Source: Macrostomum lignano (taxonomy: Eukaryota). From it: 64,000 nt of DNA. The translations under genes were made by a program, and so were the position numbers. Numbering within the stretch: the stretch's first letter is position 1; each line of letters starts with the position of its first letter. Shown here piece after piece: positions 1 through 34,352 of the stretch. The notes beneath the pieces are model-generated. The model was given only the letters and a program-made list of their open reading frames with translations. It searched no databases and was not told the DNA's origin. The stretch covers positions 1 through 64,000 of the forward strand of contig NIVC01001076.1 in assembly GCA_002269645.1 (NCBI GenBank), in the 5' to 3' direction.

Positions 1-191
1 ATGCGGTGCCCACAGTTCGACTGCTCCGCCTTCTGGGGCCTCAGCGGGCAGCTCGAATTCGGCTGAACGGCAGGCTCCCTGTGCAGCGGAAACGGTGGAG
101 ACTCAGGCGGCTGCTGGCACCTTTTCTGATCTGCACAGACCGTGTGATAATAGCGTTGGTGCGGCTGTGACCGCTTCTTCCGAGTGTACAG
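1..191 (+). CDS. Internal coding exon (Ser/Ala-rich) of the gene continuing at 658; the gene starts left of the window
   Basis: Frame starting at nt 2 is open (CGAHSSTAPP...SSECT). GT donor (cag|gtgaga) at 192, phase 1, joins in frame to the ttattcag| acceptor at 657/658. Confidence 0.6.
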
Positions 192-315
192 GTGAGAGTT
201 TGAAGCTTGGGGATTGTGAAGATTAGGGATTATGAAGCTTGGGCTATTGTGAAGTCGGATTTTTGTTGATTAAGTAATCAACGTGCCACATAGAGCGTTT
301 TTTTTCACCATCTGG

Positions 316-540
316 CCAATCAGCGCACAAGGTCTGGGGGTGAGGGGCAGGGCGAGAGGAGAGGGGCCAGAGCTAGAATAGCCAGCCAATCAAGCGCTCA
401 AGGTCTTGGAATGAGGGGCAGGGCGAGTAGGAGAGAGGGGCCAGAGCTAGAATAGCCAGCCAATCAGCGCGCAAGGTCTTGGGTGAGGGGCAGGGCGAGT
501 AGGGAGGGGCCAGAGCTAGAATAGCCAGCCAATCAGCGAG
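316..540. repeat. Intronic ~60-bp tandem repeat rich in CCAAT boxes (about 4 copies)
   Basis: Recurring gccagagctagaatagccagccaatcagcgc...aaggtct...gaggggcagggcgag units. Confidence 0.8.
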
Positions 541-657
541 CTCTGAGGGCTCATGCCAAAAGAATGGTCAGACATTCTCATCTCATATTACACGATGTAG
601 TAAACATTAGGAATATCGTCTAATGCAATTTAAATCCCAAAATAAAAAATTATTCAG

Positions 658-3600
658 AAAGTCAAGCGGCCACGTCGCCTGTGTCAGTCTGTTCCTCCTC
701 TAAATCTAATCTCGGCGACAATGGTCCAGCAGCTGATGAGGCGTCGCCGCAGCCTGAATTGGCGCCGTTTGCTAACGCTCAGCACCTGGCGTCTGGCGCC
801 CACAATGGCGCCTCGACGTCGCCATCAGCAGCAGCCGCCTATTGCCGACTGCTCACCGACGCCGCCGCCGCAGTCGACGAAGACTATTACTCAGATGACG
901 AGGTCGCCGCTGGTGGCGGCTGCCTGTGTGTCATCTGGCCAGCCTGAGCTCCGCTGGCCGGCTGAGCATCGATGGCGAAGACCGCGGCCGGATTCTGGGG
1001 GTGGCGATTGGGCCTGGCGATGCCTGCCTAGCGATGCAGCTGGATGATGGAGCAGACGGTTGCTGTTGCTGTCTGGTGCTGGCCCGCGGCTAACCCGCCT
1101 CTGGACGGCCGCTTTGCCACCGGGCTGTCCGGCGCGTTGCGTCACCGCGCGTCGAGCAGTGCGCCAATTTGGCGCCAGCAGCAACGAAGTGAGATTCTAT
1201 TCGTTGGCGCTATTGCTAACCGGAGTGCACCAGTCGGTCAGCCTGCTGGTCACCGATACCAGCCTGATGCTGATTGACGAGACTGCCAGCCTGGCCGATG
1301 GCGTCGGTCTGCCGTCGGCGTTGCTAAGCGACCAATTCGATCGTGAAGATGGCGTCGAAAAGGACCAGTCAGCAAGCGGAGAGATTGATGTCAGAGGTCA
1401 ATCAGCAAGCGGTGAGATTGATGTCAGAGATCAGTCAGCAAGCGCTGAGATTGATGTCAGAGATCAGTCAGCAAGCGGAGAGATTGATGTCAGAGATCAG
1501 TCAGCAAGCGGAGAGATTGATGTCAGAGATCAGTCAGCAAGCGGAGAGATTGATGTCAGAGGTCAATCAGCAAGCGGAGAGATTGATGTCAGAGGTCAAT
1601 CAGCAAGCGGAGAGATTGATGTCAGAGATCAATCAGCAAGCGCTGAGATTGATGTCAGAGATCAGTCAGCAAGCGGTGAGATTGATGTCAGAGATCAGTC
1701 AGCAAGCGGTGAGATTGATGTCAGAGATCAGTCAGCAAGCGGAGAGATTGATGTCAGAGATCAGTCAGCAAGCGGTGAGATTGATGTCAGAGGTCAATCA
1801 GCAAGCGGAGAGATTGATGTCAGAGATCAGTCAGCAAGCGGAGAGATTGATGTCAGAGATCAGTCAGCAAGCGGAGAGATTGATGTCAGAGATCAGTCAG
1901 CAAGCGGAGAGATTGATGTCAGAGATCAGTCAGCAAGCGGAGAGATTGATGTCAGAGGTCAATCAGCAAGCGGTGAGATTGATGTCAGAGGTCAGTCAGC
2001 AAGCGGAGAGATTGATGTCAGAGGTCAGTCAGCAAGCGGTGAGATTGATGTCATAGGTCAATCAGCAAGCGGTGAGATTGATGTCAGAGATCAGTCAGCA
2101 GGACATGAGATTGATGTCAGAGATCAGTCAGCAAGCGGTGAGATTGATGTCAGAGGTCAATCAGCAAGCGGAGAGATTGATGTCAGAGGTCAATCAGCAA
2201 GCGGAGAGATTGATGTCAGAGATCAGTCAGCAAGCGGTGAGATTGATGTCAGAGATCAGTCAGCAGGACATGAGATTGATGTCAGAGATCAGTCAGCAAG
2301 TGGAGAGATTGATGTCAAAGATCAGTCAGCAGGACATGAGATTGATGTCAGAGATCAGTCAGCAGGACATGAGATTGATGTCAGAGATCAGTCAGCAAGC
2401 GGTGAGATTGATGTCAGAGATCAGTCAGCAGGACATGAGATTGATGTCAGAGATCAGTCAGCAAGTGGAGAGATTGATGTCAAAGATCAGTCAGCAGGAC
2501 ATGAGATTGATGTCAGAGATCAGTCAGCAAGCGGAGAGATTGATGTCAGAGATCAGTCAGCAGGGAGAGATTGATGTCAGAGATCAGTCAGCAAGTGGAG
2601 AGATTGATGTCAGAGATCAGTCAGCAAGTGGAGAGATTGATGTCAGAGATCAGTCAGCAGGACATGAGATTGATGTCAGAGATCAGTCAGCAAGTGGAGA
2701 GATTGATGTCAGAGATCAGTCAGCAGGACATGAGATTGATGTCAGAGGTCAATCAGCAAGCGGAGAGATTGATGTCAGAGATCAGTCAGCAGGACATGAG
2801 ATTGATGTCAGAGGTCAATCAGCAAGCGGAGAGATTGCCCGAAAAGTGCCAATGTCGAATGGTGACGTAGTTGCTGGTTCCGCAAGTATTTCTGGTGCTC
2901 GTATCTCGCAAGTATCTCGAGTCGCGAACTCGAATGTTAGCTCCATTAGGGGTTGTGCAGATGACAACATCCCAGATGAAGACAGTGCCGACAGCAGCAC
3001 TGAGGAGGTCGAGTGCCGGCCGCCCGCCTACCGGCTAAGCCTGTTGCGGAGTTTCCACCTGTCGGCTATTCAACTGGCCGAGCCGGCTGAAGTCGGACCG
3101 GCCGGCGGAGCCGACTGTCACGGTGTCCGGCTTCATCTAGCCGGCGAGGCTGCCTTCCCCAGCATCCTGTTGGGCCTGCCGTGCCCGCAGCTTTGCCAAC
3201 AATTGCTGACGGTTATCGCCGATTCGTCAAAAACTTTGACAGCCTCTGAATTGGAACCGGAGCCAGTTGCTTGTAAAATTAGTAATCCGGAAGCCAAGGA
3301 GAAGACTGAAGCAGATCGAACCAATATCGTCGAAGATGAAGCGTTGAGCGTAGATAAATTCGCATGTACAGTTGTGCGGTACAGCCAGCCGGGTGTACAA
3401 CTGGCCTCGGAGGCTGTCCTGCTTGCGGGCGGTAGTCAGCTACAAGTGCGCTCCTTGGCTGATGATGCAGTTCTGCTGGACCGGCGAACATCGGACTTTC
3501 ACTCCGTTCTTGTTGGTCTATTCGGCGCCAGCCTTCGCTTCATTGTTGACAGCGGAACTGTTCACGACGATTTGACGCTGCTGACCCGCGACTTGGCCGT

Positions 3601-4282
3601 CACCGAGCGTATCGTTGAGTGTCTGCGCCGCGGCGACGGAGGAAGCGTCGATCAGCAGCAGCAGTCGGCCGTTGGTCAAGAAGACAAAGCAGCCGGAGAA
3701 GACTCTGACGATCCGTCCAAGCTTTTCTATTCGACAATGCGACGCGGCAGTTTCCGCTGCCCGGGCGGCAGGCCGGTTGTGCACTATTGGCCAGGCGAAG
3801 AGCGTCTGGAACCGCTGCGCCAGCTGCTGGCCTGCTCGGAGCTGCTGTTCTACTCGCTGCTGCCTACTAATGACGTTCACGGCTTGCTTGACGAGGATCG
3901 CGACGATGCTGGTGTCGGCGGCAGGGAGGCAGACAACGAAGCTCACGGAGACGCTGGCAGTTATCCGCCTCGGGCGCTGGTGCTCACCGACTCCTGCGCC
4001 GCGCTGCTGTGGCACAACATCGCCCAGTACCCGCTGTCTAATCACGCCGACCGGCCGGCCGTCTGGCCGGAGTTTCGCTGCCAGCGTCGTTTAGCTCTGG
4101 ACGACATTGCCGGCGCTTTATTGAGAACGTTCGATCCGGCGCGTCTGCTACTGCGCTGTCGGCGAGGCGGCGACGGCTCTGAGTGGGACTTGGACTTGCT
4201 GCTGGCCGGCTCCAGAGATGCCGATCGGTTTGTTCGAAGCCTCGGCTCTCTGTTGCCCGATTTGGAGGTGAACTATTTGTGA
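658..4282 (+). CDS. Large terminal exon of a protein with PH-like segments (nischarin/STK11IP-like C-terminus, tentative), broken by 3 apparent frameshifts (~932, ~1088, ~2563)
   Basis: ORFs 681-947, a frame-2 segment 935-1093, 1060-2574 and 2072-4282 join into one reading after restoring single C's at gtc(c)atc and cgc(c)gg and 2 nt in one repeat unit. Beta-rich motifs EVRFYSLALLL..SLLVTDTSLMLIDE and ELLFYSLL..RALVLTDS..RLALDDI. Family call is from memory of motifs only. Confidence 0.5.
1363..2837 (+). repeat. Coding minisatellite, 33-bp unit (DQSASGEIDVR), about 44 copies
   Basis: gatcagtcagcaagcggagagattgatgtcaga repeated, with variants (GQSAS, SAGHE); one 31-nt unit near 2551-2581. Confidence 0.95.
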
Positions 4283-5151
4283 TTTTAACCGCCTTAAAAT
4301 ACTACTTATCAAATCAGAAAAATAGTATGAATAGCGTTTTTTGCTATTTTTCTGTATTTCCCTTAAATGTTAATCCTGTGATAAACTGTATAATTGATAC
4401 GCTCGTAGTTGTACGCTCGTACATAGATCCATTAAGCTAATTCCTTGCGTTTAAAATTAAAAAAATTCCACTTTTAAATTTGTCATGCACTTAAATTATA
4501 TACGATTATTTTAATCTCATTTTGTGCTTATTTTTCAGCAGTGTTGTCCAATCCAAATTGCCAAGTCGATTTGCTATATAGCATTGATTCGCGATCTCGA
4601 TTACTTAAAAGCATTTCGGATTTTTTCAAATTAAAGTTTCTATACCCATCCAAATTCTCTTCAAGACTGTGTGGCACTCTCTGGAGGCACTTTTCTTACA
4701 TAGTATCGGAAGTAAGAGTATTGCATATGAATATTTTCTTCATAAAAATTGAATGAATATAAAATGGACAATTAACTGAAATGAAAAGTCTAAATTAAAG
4801 TCAATAAACTTGGAGTTTTCAATATTTCTCTCGTAGTTTAATTTTATGTATTACTATGAGTAGTATAAAATAAATTTAAATCACTCTATATTCCATTCTT
4901 TATCGATGCATGAAGACAGAGTTATTTTATCTGAAAAAATACTTAATAATCGAATTTGAGAACCCTAGAGCAGAAGCAATTAGCAAATTAGCTCTCTTAA
5001 GTGTTTTTCGATACATATCGGATACTTATAATATTTCTTTTATCAGACAAAGAAAAGTTATCAGGATGAAACAATTGTTGCTTTAAATTTATTTAATATA
5101 TATTTACAATAATTATATTATATTAAACTATATTTTAAAAAAATATTCGAG

Positions 5152-5224
5152 CGACCACGCCAGGACTCGAACCTGGAATCTTCTGATCCGTAGTCAGACG
5201 CGTTATCCATTGCGCCACGCGGCC
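5152..5224 (-). tRNA. tRNA-Arg (anticodon ACG)
   Basis: Reverse complement GGCCGCGTGGCGCAATGGATAACGCGTCTGACTACGGATCAGAAGATTCCAGGTTCGAGTCCTGGCGTGGTCG: 73 nt, acceptor stem pairs, A/B boxes, ACG anticodon, downstream T-run terminator. Confidence 0.95.
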
Positions 5225-6189
5225 CTCAATAGATGCGACCACGGAAGAGCAGATTTGTTTAGAGTGAGGCGGACATTCACGTGATGTCACGTGACCTTTT
5301 GCTTACTACAAGTAAGCAAAAATCTCTCTGATATATATATATTCAGCTTATATATAGCTTAATAGAAGATTGCGTCACTCGCTAATTAAATTAAATTTAA
5401 GATAGCTTAGAGTATCAAAGTATTCATTCTTACTATTCTTATTATGTACTGTATATTAACAGTTCCGTACTCGAATATAGAGCGTATTATTTATTTATGA
5501 AATAATACGACGGGAGAAACAGTTACTATTGTGATATAATATCTTAAATACGAAAACAGAGAAAAACAGAAATCGAAGAAGAATGGTGCGGAAATCTTAT
5601 TCGCGCAGAAATTCGAGCAAAGCAATAGCTAGTAGAAGTCGGTAGACGCAAAGACAGATGGATGAAGGCTGAAGCCAAGCAAAAATGCAATGCAACAAAC
5701 CGATGAAAAAAGCGCGCAGGTGAACTACTAGTAGTAGTAGGAGGATTATCATTTTCATGCGAATAAAACATTAAACCGATATAATATGCGTGGCTTTTCG
5801 AATTATTATGACTGCATCGGCTGTCGATATGCTTTAGCGCTCACGTGCCTTGCAAATAAAATTGTGATAATAATAAATAAATTACTATACAATAGTTCAT
5901 GTTAACGAGGTACATAAATAACAAATATTTGACACAGACTTAATACTAACAGAACTGAAGAAAACTAACTCCGTATACGAATCACAAGTAGGCAGAATTT
6001 TTATTAATTACATTGTTTAATTTGCTTAAAAAGTCACTAATAAATTATTCGACATGCGCGTATTAATGTCAATAATGCCTTGTAAACTCACCGCGGCATT
6101 TTGTGTCGGTGTTTTAATGATACGAGCTCTTTTTGGCTTAGTGTGCCGTCTGTCTATATCTATTGTCCAGTGCGCTTATATATCTATTG

Positions 6190-6897
6190 CCCCATTTGTC
6201 TATATCTATGGCCCAATCCGCCTATATCTATGACCCAATCTGTCTACATCCATGGCCCAATCTGTGTATATCTATGGCCCAATCTGTGTATATCTATGAC
6301 CCAATCTGTCTACATCCATGGCCCAATCTGTGTATATCTATGGCCCAATCTGTGTATATCTATGGCCCAATCTGTGTATATCTATCGCCCAATCTGTCTA
6401 TATCTATGGCCCAATCTGTGTATATCTATCGCCCAATCTGTCTATATCTATGGCCCAATCTGTCTACATCCACGGCCCAATCTGTGTATATCTATCGCCC
6501 AATCTGTCTATATCTATGGCCCAATCTGTGTATATCTATCGCCCAATCTGTCTATATCTATGGCCCAATCTGTCTACATCCACGGCCCAATCTGTCTACA
6601 TCCATGGCCCAATCTGTGTATATCTATGGCCCAATCTGTGTATATCTATGACCCAATCTGTCTACATCCATGGCCCAATCTGTGTATATCTATGGCCCAA
6701 TCTGTGTATATCTATGGCCCAATCTGTATATCTATGGCCCAATCTGTGTATATCTATGACCCAATCTGTCTACATCCATGGCCCAATCTGTCTGTATCTA
6801 TAGCCCAATCTGTCTACATCCATGGCCCAATCTGTGTATATCTATGGCCCAATCTGTCTACATCCATGGCCCAATCTGTCTACATCTATGGCCCAAT
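6190..6897. repeat. 22-bp satellite (tatctatggcccaatctgtgta)n
   Basis: Direct inspection; this repeat explains ORFs 6101-6907, 6163-6651 and 6318-6803. Confidence 0.95.
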
Positions 6898-7309
6898 GGA
6901 TCCATAGACTGTCAAACTTGAACAAAAAGAAGCTAATGACCGTGAATAAAATAGCTCGCATCAATGCCGCAGGCAGGCGCTAACAATCAAGAAGGAGGTG
7001 CAACAGAAATACGCTTTGCATATATAAAAATTTGGTCGGAAAAAAAAACAAATAGAAAAAAGCGTCGCATCACAGAAAACAATAAAACAACGAAAACGGT
7101 TTGTTCTTTGAAAAAATAATAATAGTATAAAACAGCCTGTCAGGTATATAAAAAACTTAACTCGACTAATTGATATGTAGCCCAACTTTCTAGAATTGAC
7201 AATAATATACTGCGACTTAGCTATATAAAACAGCATTGACAAGAGGGTCAAATTAAAGCATTAACCTGTCTGGTCCTTCCTTACTCTCTCAGTTTAGAAA
7301 GAAAATAAA

Positions 7310-28338
<21,029 letters not shown>

Positions 28339-29254
28339 GGCAAACACTGTGAGCACCTAAGCGATCTGCAGTGAGAGAAGAAAACTGCGCATGAAAAATC
28401 AAAATACAAAAATCTAGCAAAGTCAAAAAAATTCAAATGCGTTAAAAATGGTCGAACAAAAGATAAGACGAGCTTGGTTAAGTTCGATTCTATTTTATCT
28501 AACACGAATAACTCTGTCTTCCAGCTGTAGTTTAAACTCCACTAGAAGATAGGAGAGAAATATAAAGAGATAAGAAGTTGCACACTTCAAACACGACCGA
28601 GACCGGCCCACCCACCCACAATTTTTCTCTTTTGTATCTGTCGGAATGCTTCTCAGCAATATAACCCTCTACTGTACAATGCGTACAGTACGATAGGCTG
28701 ATACCAAATGTACTGGCTAGTTAGTTAATAAATATAAGAACTTCTAATTTAGGCAACATATAGTTTTGGGCGTGGTGTCATCTTGTTCTGCACACAAATT
28801 TCTGAAAGTGAAGTATAAGCCAGATCTATACGCCCCAAAGATGTTGCCAACCCCGCCCTTCTACTCATGGGCACGTTATACCTTCACTTTCGCTTTATTC
28901 GAAGTAGAAACTGTTAATTAAGGTCCTTTGACTTTGTCAGAATGGCGTAATTAATTAAGAATTTTCTTAATTAGCTAGAAACTAGACCGTTTGTGGATCG
29001 AACCTTGTTGTAACTTGTATTTGATAATGGACTTCAACTTAAAGTGGCAAAGCGAGTTTTAAAGAAGAGAAATGATGAAAGCTGAGGTCTTAAGTGGCTT
29101 TGGGTGGGAGTTGAGAGCATAGATACAACTGTAAGGAATCAAGACTAACATAACATAATTTCGAGAACGAGTAACGGTGGGGGCGATTCTTCAGGGCACA
29201 ACATAGACAGCGGTTCTCTTTAAAACAGAGTATTGGCAATGAGGTTTCTATGGT

Positions 29255-29810
29255 ATTGCAACCTCACTGTTACTTTAGTGAGCATTGCAACCTCACTGTT
29301 ACTTTAGTGAGCATTGCAACCTCACTGTTACTTTAGTGAGCATTGCAACCTCACTGTTACTTTAGTGGGCATTGCAACCTCACTGTTACTTTAGTGAGCA
29401 TTGCAACCAACTATTACTTTAGTGGGCATTGCAACCTCACTGTTACTTTAGTGAGCATTGCAACCCAACTGTTACTTTAGTGAGCATTGCAACCTCACTG
29501 TTACTTTAGTGAGCATTGCAACCCAACTGTTACTTTAGTGCAACCCAACTGTTACTTTAGTGCAACCCAACTGTTACTTTAGTGCAACCCAACTGTTACT
29601 TTAGTGCAACCCAACTGTTACTTTAGTGCAACCCAACTGTTACTTTAGTGCAACCCAACTGTTACTTTAGTGGGCATTGCAACCCAACTGTTACTTTAGT
29701 GCAACCCAACTGTTACTTTAGTGCAACCCAACTGTTACTTTAGTGCAACCCAACTGTTGTTTTAGTGGGCATTGCAACCTAACTTTTACTTTAGTGAGCA
29801 TTGCAAACCA
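29255..29810. repeat. Satellite switching from a 29-bp to a 22-bp unit
   Basis: gcattgcaacctcactgttactttagtga changes to gcaacccaactgttactttagt. Confidence 0.9.
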
Positions 29811-29957
29811 ATTGTTCCTTTACTGGGATTACTTTGGCCGGCTGGATCAGTACTTTAGTGAGTGACTATATTATTATCTATAGCAGGTCTCAATTAAGCC
29901 TTTTGGATAAGCACTAGATACTCATATTATCTCAAAGCTAAGATCAAAGTTGCAAAT

Positions 29958-31157
29958 AGCTGCACCGGGTCTATGAAATTTGCTAGCAGGAAATCTGCTA
30001 GCCGAATTTTGCTAGCCGAAATGTGCTAGCCGAAATCTGCTAGCCGAAATCTGCTAGCCGAAATCTGCTAGACGAAATCTGCTAGCCGAAGTTTGCTATC
30101 CTAAATCCGCTAGCCGAAATCTGCTAGCGATAATCTAACCAAAACCGGCGAACAGCAATTTACGAAGTTGCAATTTGCTAGAGACATTTTTCTTGTCCAA
30201 TCTGGACGACTTAATCTGCCGCCTAGCCTTCGCCGTGGGTTCTCGTACATGTACGTGTTAAAATGCAATCAGTAGATGACGTCATAGACAAAATGAAAAT
30301 AAGATTTAGGTTTTAACGTAGGTGGATTGAAAAGCTCATATACAAGCTATTGAATAAAGTAAATATATTACATCCATGATCACAGGGTAAGAGCTTGTGG
30401 GCCACACCTGCATAGAGTTTTTGCTTGTACACAGTGCCATAAGCGATGGAAAATATCTATACATTAACAATACATATAGCTATAGTAAATTGTACCTTGG
30501 ACATACATGTATCTAGCTATAGATACTGTACACCAACATGTGTGTTACTGTATGCTAAAGTACTGTATGTAATGACTCTATGCTAAAACTGCACTTGGAA
30601 ATCGTCAAAATCATTTATAATTTTTTGTCCTATTTTACTCGTAGACATTTGATAATGTTTTAGCATTATCAGCTGTAAGGCCGTAGTTCAGGTAGCTCAG
30701 GCAGCTGTAGCTCAGGTAGTTAAATTTAAACTTTAAACTAAATTTACACACAACTTTCAGTCTTAATGGCTGGTAGTGGCAGTATATGGTATTTAAGTTA
30801 TATATTTATTCGTACGAATCAAAGCAGCTCAAATCGGAATCAAAACACAGCAAATAACATGCAACAGCTATGAGAGCAAGGCAGCTAGCAAAATTCCTGC
30901 TAGCAGATTTCGGCTAGCAAAATCCTCGCTAGCAAAATTCCTGTTAGCAAACTTCAGCTAGCAGATTTCGGCTAGCAAAATCCTCGCTAGCAAAATTCCT
31001 GTTAGCAAACTTCAGCTAGCAGATTTCGGCTAGCAAAATCCTCGCTAGCAAAATTCCTGTTAGCAAACTTCAGCTAGCAGATTTCAGCTAGCAGATTTCG
31101 GCTAGCAAACTTCGGCTAGCAGATTTCCTGCTAGCAGATCTCGTACTCCCAGCTGCA
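29958..31157. mobile_element. Foldback-like non-autonomous element with arms made of ~14-bp tandem repeats
   Basis: Left arm (gctagccgaaatct)n at 29980-30130; right arm (gatttcggctagca..)n at 30880-31140 in inverted orientation; the imperfect termini match each other. Confidence 0.6.
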
Positions 31158-31415
31158 CCTTACATAGCCACTGGTATCAATGGTCCACCATTTCTCAAAA
31201 AAACATTCTTTAGATATTCTTCAACCATATAAAAAGCAATTATTTCTTATTGATTTAAGGATTATAGATCTTAAATCTATAAGCTTAAGCTATCTAGCAC
31301 TAAGTCAGTATCATTTATTACAAATAGCCTGTAGTTGTAGCAAGAATTGAATCTGCTAATATGTTGATTATTATTTCAAAGCATTTTTATTATAGTAGTT
31401 ATTGAGCCATTTTAT

Positions 31416-34352
31416 TTGCACACCCGTGCAAATAGTGCTCACACCTCCTGGCATCGCGGCCAGATCATCAGGCCGCGGATGACCTCGGTTGGCTCGGACG
31501 GCCGCGCTTCGGCTGCGGCAGCAAAGCTCAGCACAGCAGGGACTGGCAGAGGTCAGCGCAGGGCACAACGCCGCACTGAGCGGCGGCGCGAGCGCAACCG
31601 GCGAGGGCGACTCCGTGGCGCGGCCAGGCGCCTGTTGTCCCCAGTCCCTGCTATTTTAACTATGGATCCGCCTGGTGGCGCCGGGGACCATAAGGCCAAC
31701 CTCCATCTGGCCCCAGCTGTACCAGGTGGCCGCCTCAGGCTCGGCACGGTGAACTGCCGAACTCTGAAGGCCCCCTGGCGTCGCACCATTCTCGTCCAGC
31801 TGGCCCACGACCTACAGCTGGACCTCGTCTCGCTGCAGGAGGTCTCTATCGTGGCTGAGCCGGGGCTCCACTCTGAGGACTTCGAAGCCGGCTGGAGCCT
31901 CCTGCACACGTCGGCAGACAACCGCGGCCGGGGCGGTGTCGGCGTACTGATCGGACCGCGCCTCCGGCAGAGCGTGCACTGCATCTCGCTGTCCCCGCGA
32001 CTGATGCGGGTCGACCTGCGACTGCGCGCCCGCTGCATCCGGCTGTTCTGCGCGTATGCACCCACCGCTGCTCACCCCGAGGAGGCTCGTGCCTTCTTCG
32101 ACTTCCTGGCTGGGCAGCTGGAAGAGGTGCCAAACCGCGACACGCTGGCAGTGCTCGGAGACCTGAACGCAGTCCCGCGGAGGTCCGAGCGCTCGCCCTT
32201 TGTCGCGGGACGCGAGAACGCCAACACCGATGCGCTGGAGGACCTGCTTGACCGGCTGGATCTGGTGTCCGCGAACACCCAGTTTCGCAAGCCCCCTGCC
32301 CGCCTGGTCACCTTCGTCGGCGCGCTTGGAGACCAGCGCGAGGCGGAGTATTCCGACATCAGCGCCGCCGTTAGAGCCGCTGCAGAGCAGACGGTCCCGC
32401 TGATGCGGCCAGCGCAGAAATCGTTGCCTGTCTGGCAGAGCGACCCCATCATCAGGCAGGCGTGGCTCAACATCGAGCGACTCCGCAGAAACCGGAGGTC
32501 CACAGGCGACGCTGAAGACGCATTTGAGCGCCTTCTTGACGAGCGGCAGCAGGCCGCTGTCGACGACGCCATAAGGTCCATCACTGCAGCCGGCCCCGAC
32601 GTGAAGAGCCGCGCAGTGTGGACGGCCGTCCGGACTCTGACGGGACGCAAAAAGCGCGTGGCGCTGAACCTGGCCAGCGACACCCCGGAGGAGCGCAGGA
32701 ATGAATTGCGCGACTTCTTCGCCGGCATCGTGAACGCGCCCACGTCGCCGCTGCCCACCAGCTTTGCGCTCCCACTGGACACGCCGCTCCCAGCTGAGGA
32801 CTTCTGCATCAGACCAGTCACCACGGAGGACGTTGTGCTGTACGCTCGGAAAACATCAGGCGGCAAGGCGCTCGGCCCCGACGAAGTCCTGTTCGAAGCG
32901 CTGCGGCTCCGCTGTGTGGCCTCCCAGGTCACAGGCGTCATGAATTGCGTGCTGGCCGGCGCTCCTGCACCTACCGAGTGGACTGTCGCGCACATCGTGC
33001 CGATCCCGAAAAAGGCAGGGACAGCGCGGAAGGAAGACCACCGCGAGATCTCGCTGATGTCCTGCACCGCGAAGCTCTTCAACCGGCTGCTGCTCGATCG
33101 TCTGCAGTAGGTGCTGGACCCGTACCTGCGGTACGAGCAGAACGGATTCCAGCCGCAACGCGGTACAGTGACACAGATCCACCGTGTCATCGAGGAGGCG
33201 CGCATCCGCCAGTCTACGCTGATCATTGTCTTCGTTGATTTTCGAAAGGCGTTTGACTCGGTGCTGAGAGCCGCGCTCCCCTTCGTCCTTCGAGCCTACC
33301 GGGTACCCCAGCAGCTAATCGACGCTGTCATGGCGCTGTATTGCGATACTCGAGCTGCTGTGGTGACGGCGGACGGCCTGTCTGACCTGTTCGATACTTC
33401 ATCAGGAGTTCTGCAGGGCGACACGCTAGCGCCGTTCCTCTTCGTGCTGCTGCTGGACTGGGTGCTTCGGACCGCACTCCCCTCGGCTAATGACGGCTCG
33501 GTCACCGCCACGGCAAAAAGCGCCTAAGCGTGCTTGGCTACGCCGACGACCTCGCCCTCTTGTCCTCGTCCGTTGAAGGCGCCCAGCGCCAGATCGACAG
33601 GTTGGTCGAGGTGGCATCGAGCGTCGGTCTGATCGTCAACACGCTGAAGACCGTGGTGCTGACTGTGCCGGCCGACATCCCAGCGGACCTGACGTGCTGC
33701 GGCGCAGACGGGCAGACGACCAGGCTTGCACGCTGCCAGCGGTTCACCTACCTCGGCGGTCTGGTGCCCCACGTGGAAGAGGACCTCCGGCGGCGCAGAG
33801 GACTTGCCTGGGCGGCCTTTCATTCGATCCGAGCCATCCTCTGGTCCGAAACGCTGCCCGACCGCCAGAGGGCTCGGCTGTGGCAGGCGGTGGTCGAAAC
33901 CATCCTGCTATACAACGCCGAGACGTGGACGCTGACGGCTACGCTAGAGCAGCAGCTGGACTCGGCGCACTCAGAGCTGCTCCGTGCGGCCTTTCGAGCT
34001 GACGAGAGCGTCGGGACCGAGGCTCTGTATGATTGGGCCAAGTTGCAGCGCCTGTCCATCATTCTGCGCCACGGCAACCTCAACTGGCGGGTCACATGAT
34101 CCAGGCCGAGGGCTATTGCCCCCAACCTGTTCAGGATGTCCTGCTGCTCACCTTGCAGGGTCCATTCAGGCGGGGTCATGCGCAAACCCGTCGATATGTG
34201 GACTGCCTGTTGTGTCACACTAGGGCACCTGACACTGCCAACGGAGAAGACTTTGTTCACTCCCAGGCCTTGTGGCGCACCATTCTAACATGCCCTGCTC
34301 TAACTGTGTCTATGCATGCAGGGTCATGTATTTGTTGTTTGTTGTTGTTGTA
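31416..34352 (+). mobile_element. Decayed non-LTR retrotransposon (APE endonuclease + RT, RTE-like)
   Basis: EN motifs GTVNCRTL, LQEV, GVGVLI, YAPT, GDLNA; RT motifs QNGF, FVDFRKAFDSV, GVLQGDTLAPFLF, YADD. In-frame stops at 33108 and 33525, an apparent internal deletion after the EN domain, and a (TTG)n-like 3' tail. Confidence 0.9.

Noticed and set aside
4300-7300. Hidden SHANK SAM-domain exon downstream of the last exon
   Set aside because: The region is AT-rich, satellite or tRNA; no SAM-like translation or convincing splice pair was seen by eye.
32072-33226. 384-aa antisense ORF over the LINE, and similar antisense ORFs over the Gypsy and kinase
   Set aside because: Shadow ORFs of GC-rich coding sequence with no recognisable motifs.
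33108-33527. Stop-codon readthrough in the LINE RT
   Set aside because: Two separate stops, an internal deletion and a late frameshift indicate ordinary decay.
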